A stretch of DNA of 53,746 bases from Candidatus Brockarchaeota archaeon (GTDB taxonomy: Archaea; Thermoproteota; EX4484-205; JAAOZP01). The translations under genes and the position numbers were made by a program. The notes under the pieces are model-generated. The model saw nothing but the letters and a program-made list of their open reading frames with translations, was not told the origin of the DNA and ran no database searches. Positions within the stretch are counted from its first letter, which is position 1. Each line of letters starts with the position of its first letter. Shown one piece after another: positions 17,312-27,467 of the stretch. Location of the stretch: contig JAFNJB010000014.1 of the NCBI GenBank assembly GCA_017601245.1, positions 1 to 53,746 on the forward strand, written 5' to 3'.

Positions 17312-17761
17312 TCAGCGTATTTTAACGTCGCTTATTCCAAAATACCTTCTAGCAATTTCCCTTATAACCTGTATTCTAAAGCCGTTCTTGCCTATTGCCC
17401 TACCCTTATCCATGTCATTTACAGTCACGTATACTACTTTCCCACCCTTGGCATTGTTATCCACTTGTATGTTTAACACTTTAACGGGATAGAGGGCTTG
17501 TCTGAGAAATGTTTCAATATTATCATGGAGCCCCATTACATGTACTTCCTTCCCTATCTTCCTGGAGAAATGTTGCAGTAGAATCTTACAACCCTGTTTT
17601 ATTCTCTCAAAATCCTCAGGTTTAAGTATGAAAAAGACTGTCTTATCATTATTGGTTATTAGACAATCGACTACCCTTGCCCCGGTTGCACTTTCGAAGA
17701 AGCCGATGTAGCTGAGCTCCTGGTTTGACCAGCTTGCCTTAACATCGCTTTTGCTCGACAT
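17312..17761 (-). CDS. nusA: Archaeal NusA (KH-domain transcription factor)
   Basis: FESATGARVVDC, DKGRAIGKNG; conserved position. Confidence 0.9.
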   Translation of the reverse strand: MSSKSDVKASWSNQELSYIGFFESATGARVVDCLITNNDKTVFFILKPEDFERIKQGCKILLQHFSRKIGKEVHVMGLHDNIETFLRQALYPVKVLNIQVDNNAKGGKVVYVTVNDMDKGRAIGKNGFRIQVIREIARRYFGISDVKIR

Positions 17762-17763
17762 AC

Positions 17764-18075
17764 CTACTTATTTTCCCCCAGTATCTTTGACTCTCCCTGG
17801 CTTACTATTCCTACAACTGCAACCGGGTATTTTAAGCTTAACGCTTTCCCCAAGGCTACGCGTGAGCCCTCGTAGACTATGAAAGGAGTTTTGGAAAGCT
17901 CTAGGGCATTTTTCAACATACCTAAGTAGGGCTCTGGAAGATTTGAAACGTATATTACACCCTCTAGCTTACCGCGTAAAACAAGTCTGTAAACCTCATT
18001 GAAACCCGTTACAAAGCTACCCGTCTTAGCTAATAGCTCAAGCTTGCTGCTGAGCGATGCTCTCTCCTCTGACAT
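17764..18075 (-). CDS. rpl30e: 50S ribosomal protein L30e
   Basis: KTGSFVTG, YEGSRVALG, GESKIL; between rpoA and nusA; ATG 18075 overlaps rpoA 3' end. Confidence 0.9.
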   Translation of the reverse strand: MSEERASLSSKLELLAKTGSFVTGFNEVYRLVLRGKLEGVIYVSNLPEPYLGMLKNALELSKTPFIVYEGSRVALGKALSLKYPVAVVGIVSQGESKILGENK

Positions 18076-21000
18076 CTTCAGTCTCACCCTTGTTCTTCGA
18101 AAAGCCTTCTATATCAACATATACTTTGACCATGCCTGTCCCAGCGTAAATCTCAGAGCCTGCAAGAACTCTTTCAGTCATGCCGAGTAACTTATCCTCC
18201 ATACCCGCTACAGCGCCTTCAACCAGTACTTGAACAGCCCTCTCAAAAGCTGCTTTAGCAAGTACGCTCTGCTTACTCCCAGTAACTCCGTGTCTGCCTA
18301 TTTGTTTTATAACACCATCCTGGGTCATCGCACTTGCAACAAGCGAGAGATGCCTCCAGTCAACGTCTAGGCCTTGCTCATTTAGAGTCTTCCACATTTC
18401 GTTTATTAAAGCAGCTCTAGCAGCCTCTATGCCGAGGACTTCAGCTATTTCGTGAATATCATTGCTTACCGTCCTAGTATAATCTACTTCTGGGATGTTA
18501 AATACTTCTGCTAAATTGCTTCCCTCAGTCACTATACAATACTCGTTATTCTCTTCTTTCAAAAGAACTCCTTTGACTCCAGTTATTCCGCTTACGGGAG
18601 TCTTCCTTATTTTAGACTCGAACTTCTGAGCATCGTTTTTAATAGGTATTTCGATGCTTCCATCGTTCTTAACGTTAAATTTAAGATTCAATGCTTTAAG
18701 TACCTTTAGGATATCTTCTTGAGAGAGCCCCCTCTCCATCAACCATTCTTCAACGGGATGTATTACTAAGTAGTCATATGCAGTTGTTGACTTTAAGCTT
18801 ATCTTAGCAATGTCTTCAATCGTAGTGTATACCATTTTCCTAGCAACTTTTAATGCCCTACTATAATCCTTGTTGTATGGACTTTTAAGGTAAACCGTCA
18901 TCATCGGCGTTTTGGGAGTTTTCCTCGCATCAAGTAATTCAATAAGCCTAGGAAGCCCGAGAGTTACATTCGCCTCTCTGACGCCAGCATAGTGAAAGGT
19001 CCTCAATGTCATCTGAGTTCCAGGTTCTCCTATAGACTGTGCTGCAACAATACCAACGCTTTCACCAGCCTCCACGAGCGCCCGCCTGTATTCCTCAACT
19101 ACTCTTTCCACAACTTTCTTAGCAGCTGAGGCTGAAAGATGCTTTGATATTATTGCTTGAAGAGTCTCTTTCTTAACGCTGGGGGGCAGTATTTTCCCAT
19201 ATTCTTCAATCATTTTCTTAACAACCTGCCTACTTGCTGGACTACCCTTCTTCGGAAGGGATAATGCGTATTCTTCGACTATTCTAAAGGCATCCACTGA
19301 CTTTCCATGGTCGCTCTTAGACGGATCTACACCATCCTCGCCATATACTATGTCAACTATGTTGCCATAAGAGTCTCTAACAGTCCCATCGTATTCTACC
19401 CTAAGTGATTCCAATGCGTGTATTAGCCTACGTTGCAAATAACCGCTCTGCTGAGTCCTAACTGCGGTATCGACGAGGGATTCGCGGCCACTCATCGAAT
19501 GGTAGAATAGCTCTATAGGCGAAAGCCCATGATAGTAGTTAGATTTTATGAATCCCCTAGCAAGTGGACCCAGATCACCCTTGTTAAAGTGTGGCAGTGG
19601 TCTTTCCGAATACCCTTTGAAAATCCTCCTACCTCTCAGAGCCTGCTGCCCCAAGCATCCCGAGATCTGGCCAACGTTTAGGTCAGAGCCTCTCGCCCCT
19701 GTCTTGGTCATTATAACCATGCTATTGTCAAGCCCCAGGGCTGATGAGACAAGGCTCCCAACTTTACTCCTCACATTTGAAAGGGCATCCATTATATATG
19801 CTTCCAGACTCTCTTCCTCACTCATTCCTGGAATCCTCTTTATCCTGCCCTTCTTCCAGTCTTCGAGAAGCCTTTCTACTTCAACATCAGCCTGGTCAAC
19901 CTCTTTATTGACTCGTTCCTGAACATTCCTAGGTAGTTCCACATCCCTATAGCTGAAGCTAAATCCTCTCAAAAGAAGGAATTCCCTGATCATTTTCTCT
20001 AGCGAAGAGATGAATTTATGTCCTTCTTCCAAGCCATACTTCTTTATTATCCTATGTAGGATTGTATCGGCTTTTTCGGCACCTATAGAAGCCTTATCGA
20101 TGACACCAGATATGATCTTGCCATTCTTTATTACTATTTCCGCCTCATCTTTACCTCCTACGTCTCCTACACTAGTCTTGTTGACGTAGTTGAAGTCTTT
20201 TCTCAAAAGAAGGCTAACAGCCTGCCTGCCAGACCATAGTGGCTCAGGAGCCTTAATCTCAGGTTCTGGAAGCTCACCCTCATAACCTGCGGCATACACT
20301 ATTCTTGTAAATTCTTCTTTAGTCAAGTAAGTGTCCTTTCTCGTTAAGAGGTATGCCCCGGTTATGAAGTCTCTAATAGCACCCATAATTGGTGCTCCGT
20401 ATCTTGGAGTCAGATAGTGGTTTTTAACCCCGAGTAGCATACTCGTCTCAACAGATGCTTCAAGGCTCTGCGGCACGTGAAGATTCATCTCATCACCGTC
20501 GAAGTCAGCATTGTAAGGCGGACAGACAGTAGGATTAAGTCTGAAGGTCTTCCCTGGAAGAACTCTAACCCTGTGGCCCAGCATTGAAAGACGGTGAAGC
20601 GAAGGCTGCCTGTTGAAAATCACGAAGTCTCCGTCGATCAAATGTCTCTCAACAATGAAGCCAACGTCTAATGCTTCAGCCAAAGCGTCTCTGTTTTCGA
20701 CAAACTGTAATTTATGCCTAGCACCATTCGGCCTGATAATGTATTCTGAACCAGGGTGGACAAAGGGACCGTTTCTAACTAGCTGCATTAGCCATTCCCT
20801 ATTCCAGTATGTAACTCTTTCAGGAACAGTAAGTATTTTAGCAATCTCTTCTGGTACACCCACCTCGTCAATTTCAAGATACGGATCTGGCGATATTACT
20901 GTCCTAGCGGAGAAATCCACTCTTTTTCCAGAGAGGTTTTTCCTGAAACGACCCTCCTTCCCCTTCAGTCTCTGCGCAAGGGTCTTAAGCGTCTTACGAG

Positions 21001-21886
21001 TTCTGTGCTGTGCCGGTAAGACTCCAACAGCCTCATTGTCGAAATATGTTGTTACATGGTATTGTAGAAGATCTTCATGGTCCTGTATTATCAGCGGTGA
21101 TGCACCGGATTCTATATACTCTCTTATCCTGCGAGCTGTCCTTATTATATCCACAAGCTTATGAGTCAAGTCATCTTCAGACCTTTCTCCCGTCTCAAGT
21201 ATTATCGATGGCCTGACTTGTATTGGAGGTACAGGTAAGACCTCTATAACATACCATGCTGGATGGGCAACCTCAGGATCTATGTTTAGGAGCCTAAGAT
21301 CATCGTGGGGGATAGAGTTTAAACGTTCTCTTATTATTCTAGAGTTTAATAATCTAAGGGTCCCCTCCGGATCCCTTTCGTAGAACTTTGTTGGTCTCTC
21401 AAGCTTGATCTGATATTTCTCAGCTCCACAATGCGGACACCTATTGGCCCTTCTGACCTCGTCTTTTATCTGGTCGAAAATCTGCTCTGGTATAATGCCG
21501 TATAACTCTTCATATTCTTTCATCTTCCCCTTGTAATATTCTATTCTATCGTTGGGCAGTAATATTCTCCCACATTGTCTACAAGTGGATTGTAAGACGC
21601 GTTCAATCTCACGTGCGAATGAGACATGTATCACTGGTACGGGTAGTTCTATGTGGCCGAAGTGTCCAGGACATTTATCAGGCAGGTTTCCGCAAGTCTT
21701 ACATCTCTGCCTAGGCTCTATAGTACCCAGGCGCGTATCCATTATACCACCGGGGACTGAGAGACCGTCTTGATCATAGGTTTCGTCTGTTGTTACCTCC
21801 ATTACAGAGAGCCTTCTGATCTCAGCTGGAGAAAGTACACCGAATTTTATCGAATCGATGTGTTTTATCTCAACTTCCTGACTCAT
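18038..21886 (-). CDS. rpoA: RNA polymerase largest subunit, fused A'/A'' (Rpo1)
   Basis: NADFDGDEMN catalytic motif and A''-type AQSIGEPGTQMTLRTFHYAG in one 1282-aa ORF. Confidence 0.98.
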   Translation of the reverse strand: MSQEVEIKHIDSIKFGVLSPAEIRRLSVMEVTTDETYDQDGLSVPGGIMDTRLGTIEPRQRCKTCGNLPDKCPGHFGHIELPVPVIHVSFAREIERVLQSTCRQCGRILLPNDRIEYYKGKMKEYEELYGIIPEQIFDQIKDEVRRANRCPHCGAEKYQIKLERPTKFYERDPEGTLRLLNSRIIRERLNSIPHDDLRLLNIDPEVAHPAWYVIEVLPVPPIQVRPSIILETGERSEDDLTHKLVDIIRTARRIREYIESGASPLIIQDHEDLLQYHVTTYFDNEAVGVLPAQHRTRKTLKTLAQRLKGKEGRFRKNLSGKRVDFSARTVISPDPYLEIDEVGVPEEIAKILTVPERVTYWNREWLMQLVRNGPFVHPGSEYIIRPNGARHKLQFVENRDALAEALDVGFIVERHLIDGDFVIFNRQPSLHRLSMLGHRVRVLPGKTFRLNPTVCPPYNADFDGDEMNLHVPQSLEASVETSMLLGVKNHYLTPRYGAPIMGAIRDFITGAYLLTRKDTYLTKEEFTRIVYAAGYEGELPEPEIKAPEPLWSGRQAVSLLLRKDFNYVNKTSVGDVGGKDEAEIVIKNGKIISGVIDKASIGAEKADTILHRIIKKYGLEEGHKFISSLEKMIREFLLLRGFSFSYRDVELPRNVQERVNKEVDQADVEVERLLEDWKKGRIKRIPGMSEEESLEAYIMDALSNVRSKVGSLVSSALGLDNSMVIMTKTGARGSDLNVGQISGCLGQQALRGRRIFKGYSERPLPHFNKGDLGPLARGFIKSNYYHGLSPIELFYHSMSGRESLVDTAVRTQQSGYLQRRLIHALESLRVEYDGTVRDSYGNIVDIVYGEDGVDPSKSDHGKSVDAFRIVEEYALSLPKKGSPASRQVVKKMIEEYGKILPPSVKKETLQAIISKHLSASAAKKVVERVVEEYRRALVEAGESVGIVAAQSIGEPGTQMTLRTFHYAGVREANVTLGLPRLIELLDARKTPKTPMMTVYLKSPYNKDYSRALKVARKMVYTTIEDIAKISLKSTTAYDYLVIHPVEEWLMERGLSQEDILKVLKALNLKFNVKNDGSIEIPIKNDAQKFESKIRKTPVSGITGVKGVLLKEENNEYCIVTEGSNLAEVFNIPEVDYTRTVSNDIHEIAEVLGIEAARAALINEMWKTLNEQGLDVDWRHLSLVASAMTQDGVIKQIGRHGVTGSKQSVLAKAAFERAVQVLVEGAVAGMEDKLLGMTERVLAGSEIYAGTGMVKVYVDIEGFSKNKGETEDVRGESIAQQQA

Positions 21887-21891
21887 TTCAC

Positions 21892-24800
21892 CTACACCTT
21901 CTCCCTAACCCTTATCCTCGGGAATATTCCGAGACTCATCAATTCCTGGAGCAGGAGCTTAAAGGCATATGAAATCTCTATGCCGCTGACATCTTTTCCT
22001 TTTTCACAAAGCGGACATACATACTTCTTCTGCTTAGCATCGTAATAGGCAAACGTACCACATTTCTCGCAAACATACACTATAGTCCTATCTGATTCTT
22101 CCAGAAGCCTATCTTGAAGAAGCCTAGCTGCCCCATGGCCAACTAGACAGTCTCTCTCCATCTCGCCGAATCTTAAACCACCTCCTCTTGACCTTCCTTC
22201 AGTAGGCTGATGGGTCAACATTTGAACCTGACCCCTGGCTCTCGCATGCATCTTATCTTTAACCATATGATGGAGTCTCTGGTAATAGATTATTCCCATA
22301 AAGACCTTAGCTTTGAAACGCTTTCCAGTTACACCATCTATGAAATCAAATTCGCCATAGGGTGAAAAGCCATGTTCTTCGAGAATCTTTTGAATCTCCT
22401 TCTCCGGAGTATGTATGAATGTTGTACCATCCATCGGCCTTCCTTCAATGGCTGCGGCAATGCCGAATAGGGATTCGAGGAAGTGGCTTATTGTCATCCT
22501 AGAAGGTATCGCATGCGGGTTTATCAAGAGGTCTGGAACCAAACCGTCTTCAGTAAACGGCATATCTGTCTGACTGACAAGAAGCCCGATTACACCCTTT
22601 TGACCAGATCTAGATGCAAATTTATCACCTATTTCAGGAATCCTGTGGTCTCTAATCCTTACCTTTATTAACCTGTTATTCTCTAAATCTTCCGTTATCA
22701 TTACACTATCTACATAACCGCTTTCTGAGGGCTTCAGAGCCACTGAAGAATCTCTTCGAGCAGGTGCTTGGAAGACAAGCTCTTTATATTCTTCGAAGAA
22801 TCTAGGCGGACTCGACCTTCCTACTATTACTTCACCGCCTTTAACCTCTGCCTCGACAGAGACAATGCCGTCTTCCTCGATCTTAGCATAAGCCTCATCT
22901 CCCCTGTAGCCTCTAATCTGCGGGTCGGGCTTCTCTATTCTATCAACTTCGCCCATTGGATATCTCCTAGCTTCAACTTCATACGACTTGTAGGTAGTTG
23001 ACCTAGCGAGTCCACGCTGGATGGATGCAGCATTGAGAACTATAGCGTCTTCCATGTTATAGGGATGGGATAATACTGCTACTAGGAAGTTCTGTCCAGT
23101 AGGCCTTTTGTCTAAACCGATAATATGATCTATTCTTGAAGATACTAGCGGTATCTGAGGATAAGTCATAACATGGAAGGTCGTGTAGAAAGCATTGTTA
23201 ATATTTGCAAAGGGAAGACCCAGCGCTTGCTTAGCCATTGCAGCCTCGTAAGTATTTCTAGGAGAATGATTATGCTCTGCAAACGGAACCATTGCTGAGA
23301 CGACACCAAATATAAGCAATGGGCTTATTTCCAGGTGTGTAGTCTCGCTTGTAACATCCTTCAGAGATACTGCTATGAGAGCATTTTCCTCTTCCTCGGC
23401 ATCTAGAAACTCTACTACTCCGTTGTTAACCAGATCGTCAAAGCTAATTTTACCGAGGGCGAGTTTAGAAACATGATCCTTAGTAAGCTTAATCTGACCA
23501 TCTTCCACAACTATCAGCGGCCTTCTAACTCTACCTGGATCAGCATTAAAGTAAATCTCCTTAACAATTCTTCCACCGTAATTAAACTCGTAATATGCCA
23601 CATTTATCTCTGCAGGTATCACACCTTTCCTCCTAAGGCTTCTAATCTCTTTGACCAGAGCTTCGCCAGAATGGGAATAACCAACTAGGACTCCGTCTAT
23701 GAATATTTTCGCTGCTGTTAAACGAGTTTCCTGATCTGCCTTAACAACAGGAATGATACCGAATTTCGAAAGTATCTTGTCTAGAATGGATTTATCTGCT
23801 GAAACAGAGACTTGTGCACCTATGCTCATGTTTTTAACAAGTCCACAATTCACACCCTCGGGAGTCTCATTCGGGTCTAGTTTACCCCATTGGGTAGGAT
23901 GTAGGTCTCTAGCATCAAAGTTGGATTGGCTCCGGCTTAATGGTGACTGGATTCTCCTCAAATGGCTTAATACGGAAAGATAATTGGTCCTATCTAGTAG
24001 TTGAGTAACGCCAACAAGTCTCTTACCCCAGTTACCAGTAGCCATGGCTTGGTTTATAGTATCGGTGATTAGGCTAGTTGTAATTAGATTTGAAAACGAG
24101 TAAATAGTCCTATGCCTTAAGCTAAGCTTCTCAAGCTGATACCTGAAGTCTCTAACCATCCTCCTAAAGGACGTTCTAAATAGTTCAGCAAGAAGACCTC
24201 CTGCAAGCCTAATCCTCTTATTCTTGTAATGGTCTTTATCATCGGGTGGACGCCAACCTAGTTTCATTGCAAGGATCCTCTCGGCCATTTCACAGAGGAA
24301 TAATGCCTTATTGTACCTGGCAGATTCATCCATACCAAGATGTGGCAGAAGAATCTTGTCTAAGACGTTCTGAGCCTTGCTTAAACGGACTTTATCCGAC
24401 TGACCATATGCAACCCTGTTGCCGATGTACATTATGGCATCTTCCTTGCTCATGACATTTTGGGCAGCGTCAAATGAAGGTGCTAAAAGCTCTTGTATCT
24501 CTGGAAACGGTGAGACACGTTCTGCTATCTCCTTATCAGACGCCATTCCAAGAGCCTTCAACATTATTACGAATGGAATCTCCTGTCCAACTCCTGGAAG
24601 GTAAACTTTCAACTCATTGCTCTGTCCCTTCAGCCTTACTTCAACTCTCGTCCTATAGCCTACAGTGGTAGAGAAGACCCTCGCAATATAGAACGAGTAT
24701 GGACCTATCTTTTTTTCCTCTAGGATTATCCTATTTGGAGCAAGATCTTCAACTCCGACTATAACCCTCTCCGAGCCGTTTATTATGAAGTAGCCACCAG

Positions 24801-25254
24801 GATCATATGGGTCCTCACCCAATCTAATCCTTGCCTCAGAACTGAGACCGGCAAGTGCACAGTACCTTGAATTAACCATGATTGGAAGTTCTCCTATTAG
24901 AACTTCTTGTCTATTCTCTCTACCGTCTCTTATCTCCTTAATCTCGAGGTATATTGGAGCAGCATATGTAAAGTTCCTCATCCTAGCCTCCATTGGATAT
25001 ATGTTTCTCACAGCTCCACTCGGTTCTATAATCCTGGGGACATGAACTCTTATTTCGCCAAACTCTACACGTATGACTTTATCTTCTACATTAACTTCTA
25101 TACTCTTGACTTCATCCACTATTTTCTGCATATCCCTATCTACGAATTCATTGAAAGAGTCTATGTGGTGTCTTGCAAGACCAATACTTTTAATGTAGCT
25201 CTCAGCAACTACCCAAAGATCTGCTTCACTAAGTTCTTCAGACAGGTTGCTCAA
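21892..25254 (-). CDS. rpoB: RNA polymerase subunit B (Rpo2, unsplit)
   Basis: GGYFIINGSERV, ETPEG, GDKFASRSGQKG, GLRFGEMERD, C-terminal zinc ribbon. Confidence 0.98.
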   Translation of the reverse strand: MSNLSEELSEADLWVVAESYIKSIGLARHHIDSFNEFVDRDMQKIVDEVKSIEVNVEDKVIRVEFGEIRVHVPRIIEPSGAVRNIYPMEARMRNFTYAAPIYLEIKEIRDGRENRQEVLIGELPIMVNSRYCALAGLSSEARIRLGEDPYDPGGYFIINGSERVIVGVEDLAPNRIILEEKKIGPYSFYIARVFSTTVGYRTRVEVRLKGQSNELKVYLPGVGQEIPFVIMLKALGMASDKEIAERVSPFPEIQELLAPSFDAAQNVMSKEDAIMYIGNRVAYGQSDKVRLSKAQNVLDKILLPHLGMDESARYNKALFLCEMAERILAMKLGWRPPDDKDHYKNKRIRLAGGLLAELFRTSFRRMVRDFRYQLEKLSLRHRTIYSFSNLITTSLITDTINQAMATGNWGKRLVGVTQLLDRTNYLSVLSHLRRIQSPLSRSQSNFDARDLHPTQWGKLDPNETPEGVNCGLVKNMSIGAQVSVSADKSILDKILSKFGIIPVVKADQETRLTAAKIFIDGVLVGYSHSGEALVKEIRSLRRKGVIPAEINVAYYEFNYGGRIVKEIYFNADPGRVRRPLIVVEDGQIKLTKDHVSKLALGKISFDDLVNNGVVEFLDAEEEENALIAVSLKDVTSETTHLEISPLLIFGVVSAMVPFAEHNHSPRNTYEAAMAKQALGLPFANINNAFYTTFHVMTYPQIPLVSSRIDHIIGLDKRPTGQNFLVAVLSHPYNMEDAIVLNAASIQRGLARSTTYKSYEVEARRYPMGEVDRIEKPDPQIRGYRGDEAYAKIEEDGIVSVEAEVKGGEVIVGRSSPPRFFEEYKELVFQAPARRDSSVALKPSESGYVDSVMITEDLENNRLIKVRIRDHRIPEIGDKFASRSGQKGVIGLLVSQTDMPFTEDGLVPDLLINPHAIPSRMTISHFLESLFGIAAAIEGRPMDGTTFIHTPEKEIQKILEEHGFSPYGEFDFIDGVTGKRFKAKVFMGIIYYQRLHHMVKDKMHARARGQVQMLTHQPTEGRSRGGGLRFGEMERDCLVGHGAARLLQDRLLEESDRTIVYVCEKCGTFAYYDAKQKKYVCPLCEKGKDVSGIEISYAFKLLLQELMSLGIFPRIRVREKV

Positions 25255-25258
25255 CCCA

Positions 25259-25516
25259 TCAACCCTCCACTACTACACGATATGCTAAAGTCTCACCTGC
25301 AACAGGGCTCTTTCTTACGATTTCAACAACATCTCCCAGCTTAGCACCTATAGCTACTGCGACAGGGTCGCTGCTGAGCATCTTCGGCAATTGAGAAGGC
25401 TTAATGTTATATTTCTTAAGAAGAGCCTCCTTCTCCTCACTAGATAAAACCCGGTGACGGGGTACTAAAACATGTTCGAGTATGTTAACTTTACTAATGT
25501 TTTTCTTACTAACCAA
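25259..25516 (-). CDS. rpoH: RNA polymerase subunit H (Rpo5)
   Basis: [34 protein letters not shown]; likely TTG start at 25516. Confidence 0.96.
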   Translation of the reverse strand: MVSKKNISKVNILEHVLVPRHRVLSSEEKEALLKKYNIKPSQLPKMLSSDPVAVAIGAKLGDVVEIVRKSPVAGETLAYRVVVEG

Positions 25517-25978
25517 GCAGCGTCGAGTGGGGTATGAAAAAGGTGGTAATAAACATTTCTCCACCTTTTTCAAAAAGGTCTTGAAAAAACGTGGGAAAAC
25601 ACAGAAAGACTCCCTCCTAATAAAACTTATTCAACTAATGAGGAGATAGATTTTGAAGGTAAAGAGGGGTCTAAAAACCCTGATTAAGCCTGGCCTGATC
25701 AGAATCTAAAACTAACGACAAGTGCCCGTTAATCCCCCTATGCTTCCATATCATAAGCTGCGCAAGCAGTATTCTCAAAATCCTTATGCTCCTTTTCCGC
25801 TTGCCTAATAATAGTCGAGTAGAAAACCAGAGAACATAGCAGGTTTTTAACTGAACTAACCAAGCCCTAATTTTTTCAGTATCTTAATAAAAGGAGATCT
25901 ATACTGGGCTAAATACAAACCCCAAGCTTACATCCTAAAGGGAAAAAGTTAAAAAGCGGTATAAGGAAAAATAAATCA

Positions 25979-26151
25979 CCCGCGGTAGCTCAGATTTAAA
26001 TACTGGATTTGCGTATTGAAGGCGCAAGTCCAGTATTTAAAGAGTAGCCTGGTAGAGCTTCCGGCTGTAGTCCTCCACCGTGGGTGGAGGCGTTCAGCCT
26101 ACCGGGCGGACAGAAACCGGAGTGTCGCTGGTTCAAATCCAGCCCGCGGGA
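25979..26151 (+). tRNA. tRNA-Tyr(GTA) with two introns (25994-26047 at 15/16; 26071-26115 at 37/38)
   Basis: C1-G72 acceptor CCCGCGG/CCGCGGG-A; both insertions flanked by bulge-helix-bulge-type motifs; excision yields a standard cloverleaf. Confidence 0.93.
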
Positions 26152-26501
26152 TATTGATTGTTAATTTTCGTTATCATCAATAAAAAATACTATTGAATTT
26201 TTCTAATTTTATCTCCATATTTTATTGTGATATTTGAAAAACGGCGATGACAGTTATCAATAGTATGGTATATGTGTAGTTATTATGGTCTTAAAGGTTA
26301 TGTGTCCAATATGTAACATTATGTCTAGATTCGACTTTAAGATTTTAGTAGAATAATCTGTTTATTATTCCCATTTGGCTTCCATTTATCTTGTGATTTT
26401 AAAAGACTCTTTCTTACATCGAAGGCATTTAATTAATTTTTGTTATTTTTCTTATGAACAGTGAATACTTAAATATACGTATTAAGAAAGATAACAAAGC
26501 C

Positions 26502-26825
26502 ATGAAGCAGGCGGGGAGAAAACCAGAAGTGTTTAAGGCGAAGGTGTTTAAGGCCTTAAGCGATCCTGCGAGACTAGAGATTATAGAATTGCTAAAGGAA
26601 GGCGGGAAGTATGTCAGCGATATAGTGAAGAGAACCGGAGTCGTTCAACCAGCAGTTTCGCGTCATTTGAAAATACTGAAGGAATGCGGTATGGTTGAAG
26701 AAAGTAAAGCTGGAAATAAGAGACTATACAAAGTTACAGATCCGAGAATATTCAAGGTTATCAATTCTCTTGACAACAACTTAATCGAGAGCCTTAAGAG
26801 ACACGTACTCGAACGCATGGTTTAA
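26502..26825 (+). CDS. ArsR/SmtB-family transcriptional regulator
   Basis: FKALSDPARLEII, QPAVSRHLKILKECG; TATA CTTAAATA about 27 nt before ATG 26502. Confidence 0.92.
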   Translation: MKQAGRKPEVFKAKVFKALSDPARLEIIELLKEGGKYVSDIVKRTGVVQPAVSRHLKILKECGMVEESKAGNKRLYKVTDPRIFKVINSLDNNLIESLKRHVLERMV

Positions 26826-26889
26826 AAAATTCAAGGATAACCTAAGATACCTTCGGATAAGGCCTTATTTAGGATTATTTTTAATGTTT

Positions 26890-27453
26890 TTATGATTTCC
26901 ACCATTTGGACACGAGGTATTTTACATTATTGTTTTTTACATCAGATATTGCGAAAACGAATAGTTTCCTAACAGAAGTCGCAAGCCTGCCAGCACGAAT
27001 AAAATCTGGCGCATCTATCTTATCACCAACCTTTTTGACTTCAAGTATTGCTGGTGCATGGTCTATTCCTGGACCATGCTCGTATATTGCGAAGTCGCAT
27101 CCGAATTTAATCCCTGGTGTAACTATGAAACCCCTGTTTCTAAGGTCTCTGTAGACTATGAATTTGCTTTTAAAATCCTCATGGATTCTAGAGGCTATTC
27201 TAAGCAATTGTTCAGGAGTTATTTCTCTACTATCCCTATCAACCACTCTTATAATTCCCCTTTCCAATAGGTATAATCCTTCGAACAAATCTAGCGTTAG
27301 AGGAGCGTTGAAGTTATAGTCCTTAGGCTTAGGAATGCCTACAGGTTTGCCGAAGAAGCCCATTCTATATACTTCTTGAGAATGTGCAATATTCCATATT
27401 ATTAGACGATCCCCTATCAGTTCGGCAGTTATCTCAGCTTTCTTCTCTTCCAT
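26890..27453 (-). CDS. endA: tRNA-splicing endonuclease, catalytic alpha subunit
   Basis: VYRDLRNRG, GIKFGCDFAIYEHGPGIDHA, RLATSVRK (Tyr/His/Lys triad); GFFGKPVGIPKPK loop. Confidence 0.96.
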   Translation of the reverse strand: MEEKKAEITAELIGDRLIIWNIAHSQEVYRMGFFGKPVGIPKPKDYNFNAPLTLDLFEGLYLLERGIIRVVDRDSREITPEQLLRIASRIHEDFKSKFIVYRDLRNRGFIVTPGIKFGCDFAIYEHGPGIDHAPAILEVKKVGDKIDAPDFIRAGRLATSVRKLFVFAISDVKNNNVKYLVSKWWKS

Positions 27454-27467
27454 TTTGCTACACCAGT

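Noticed and set aside
25638-25698. ATGAGGA ... CTGA as a second C/D-box sRNA
   Set aside because: No convincing C' box or terminal stem and no identifiable guide target
25738-25863. 41-codon minus-strand ORF (TTG start) upstream of rpoH
   Set aside because: No motif or compositional support
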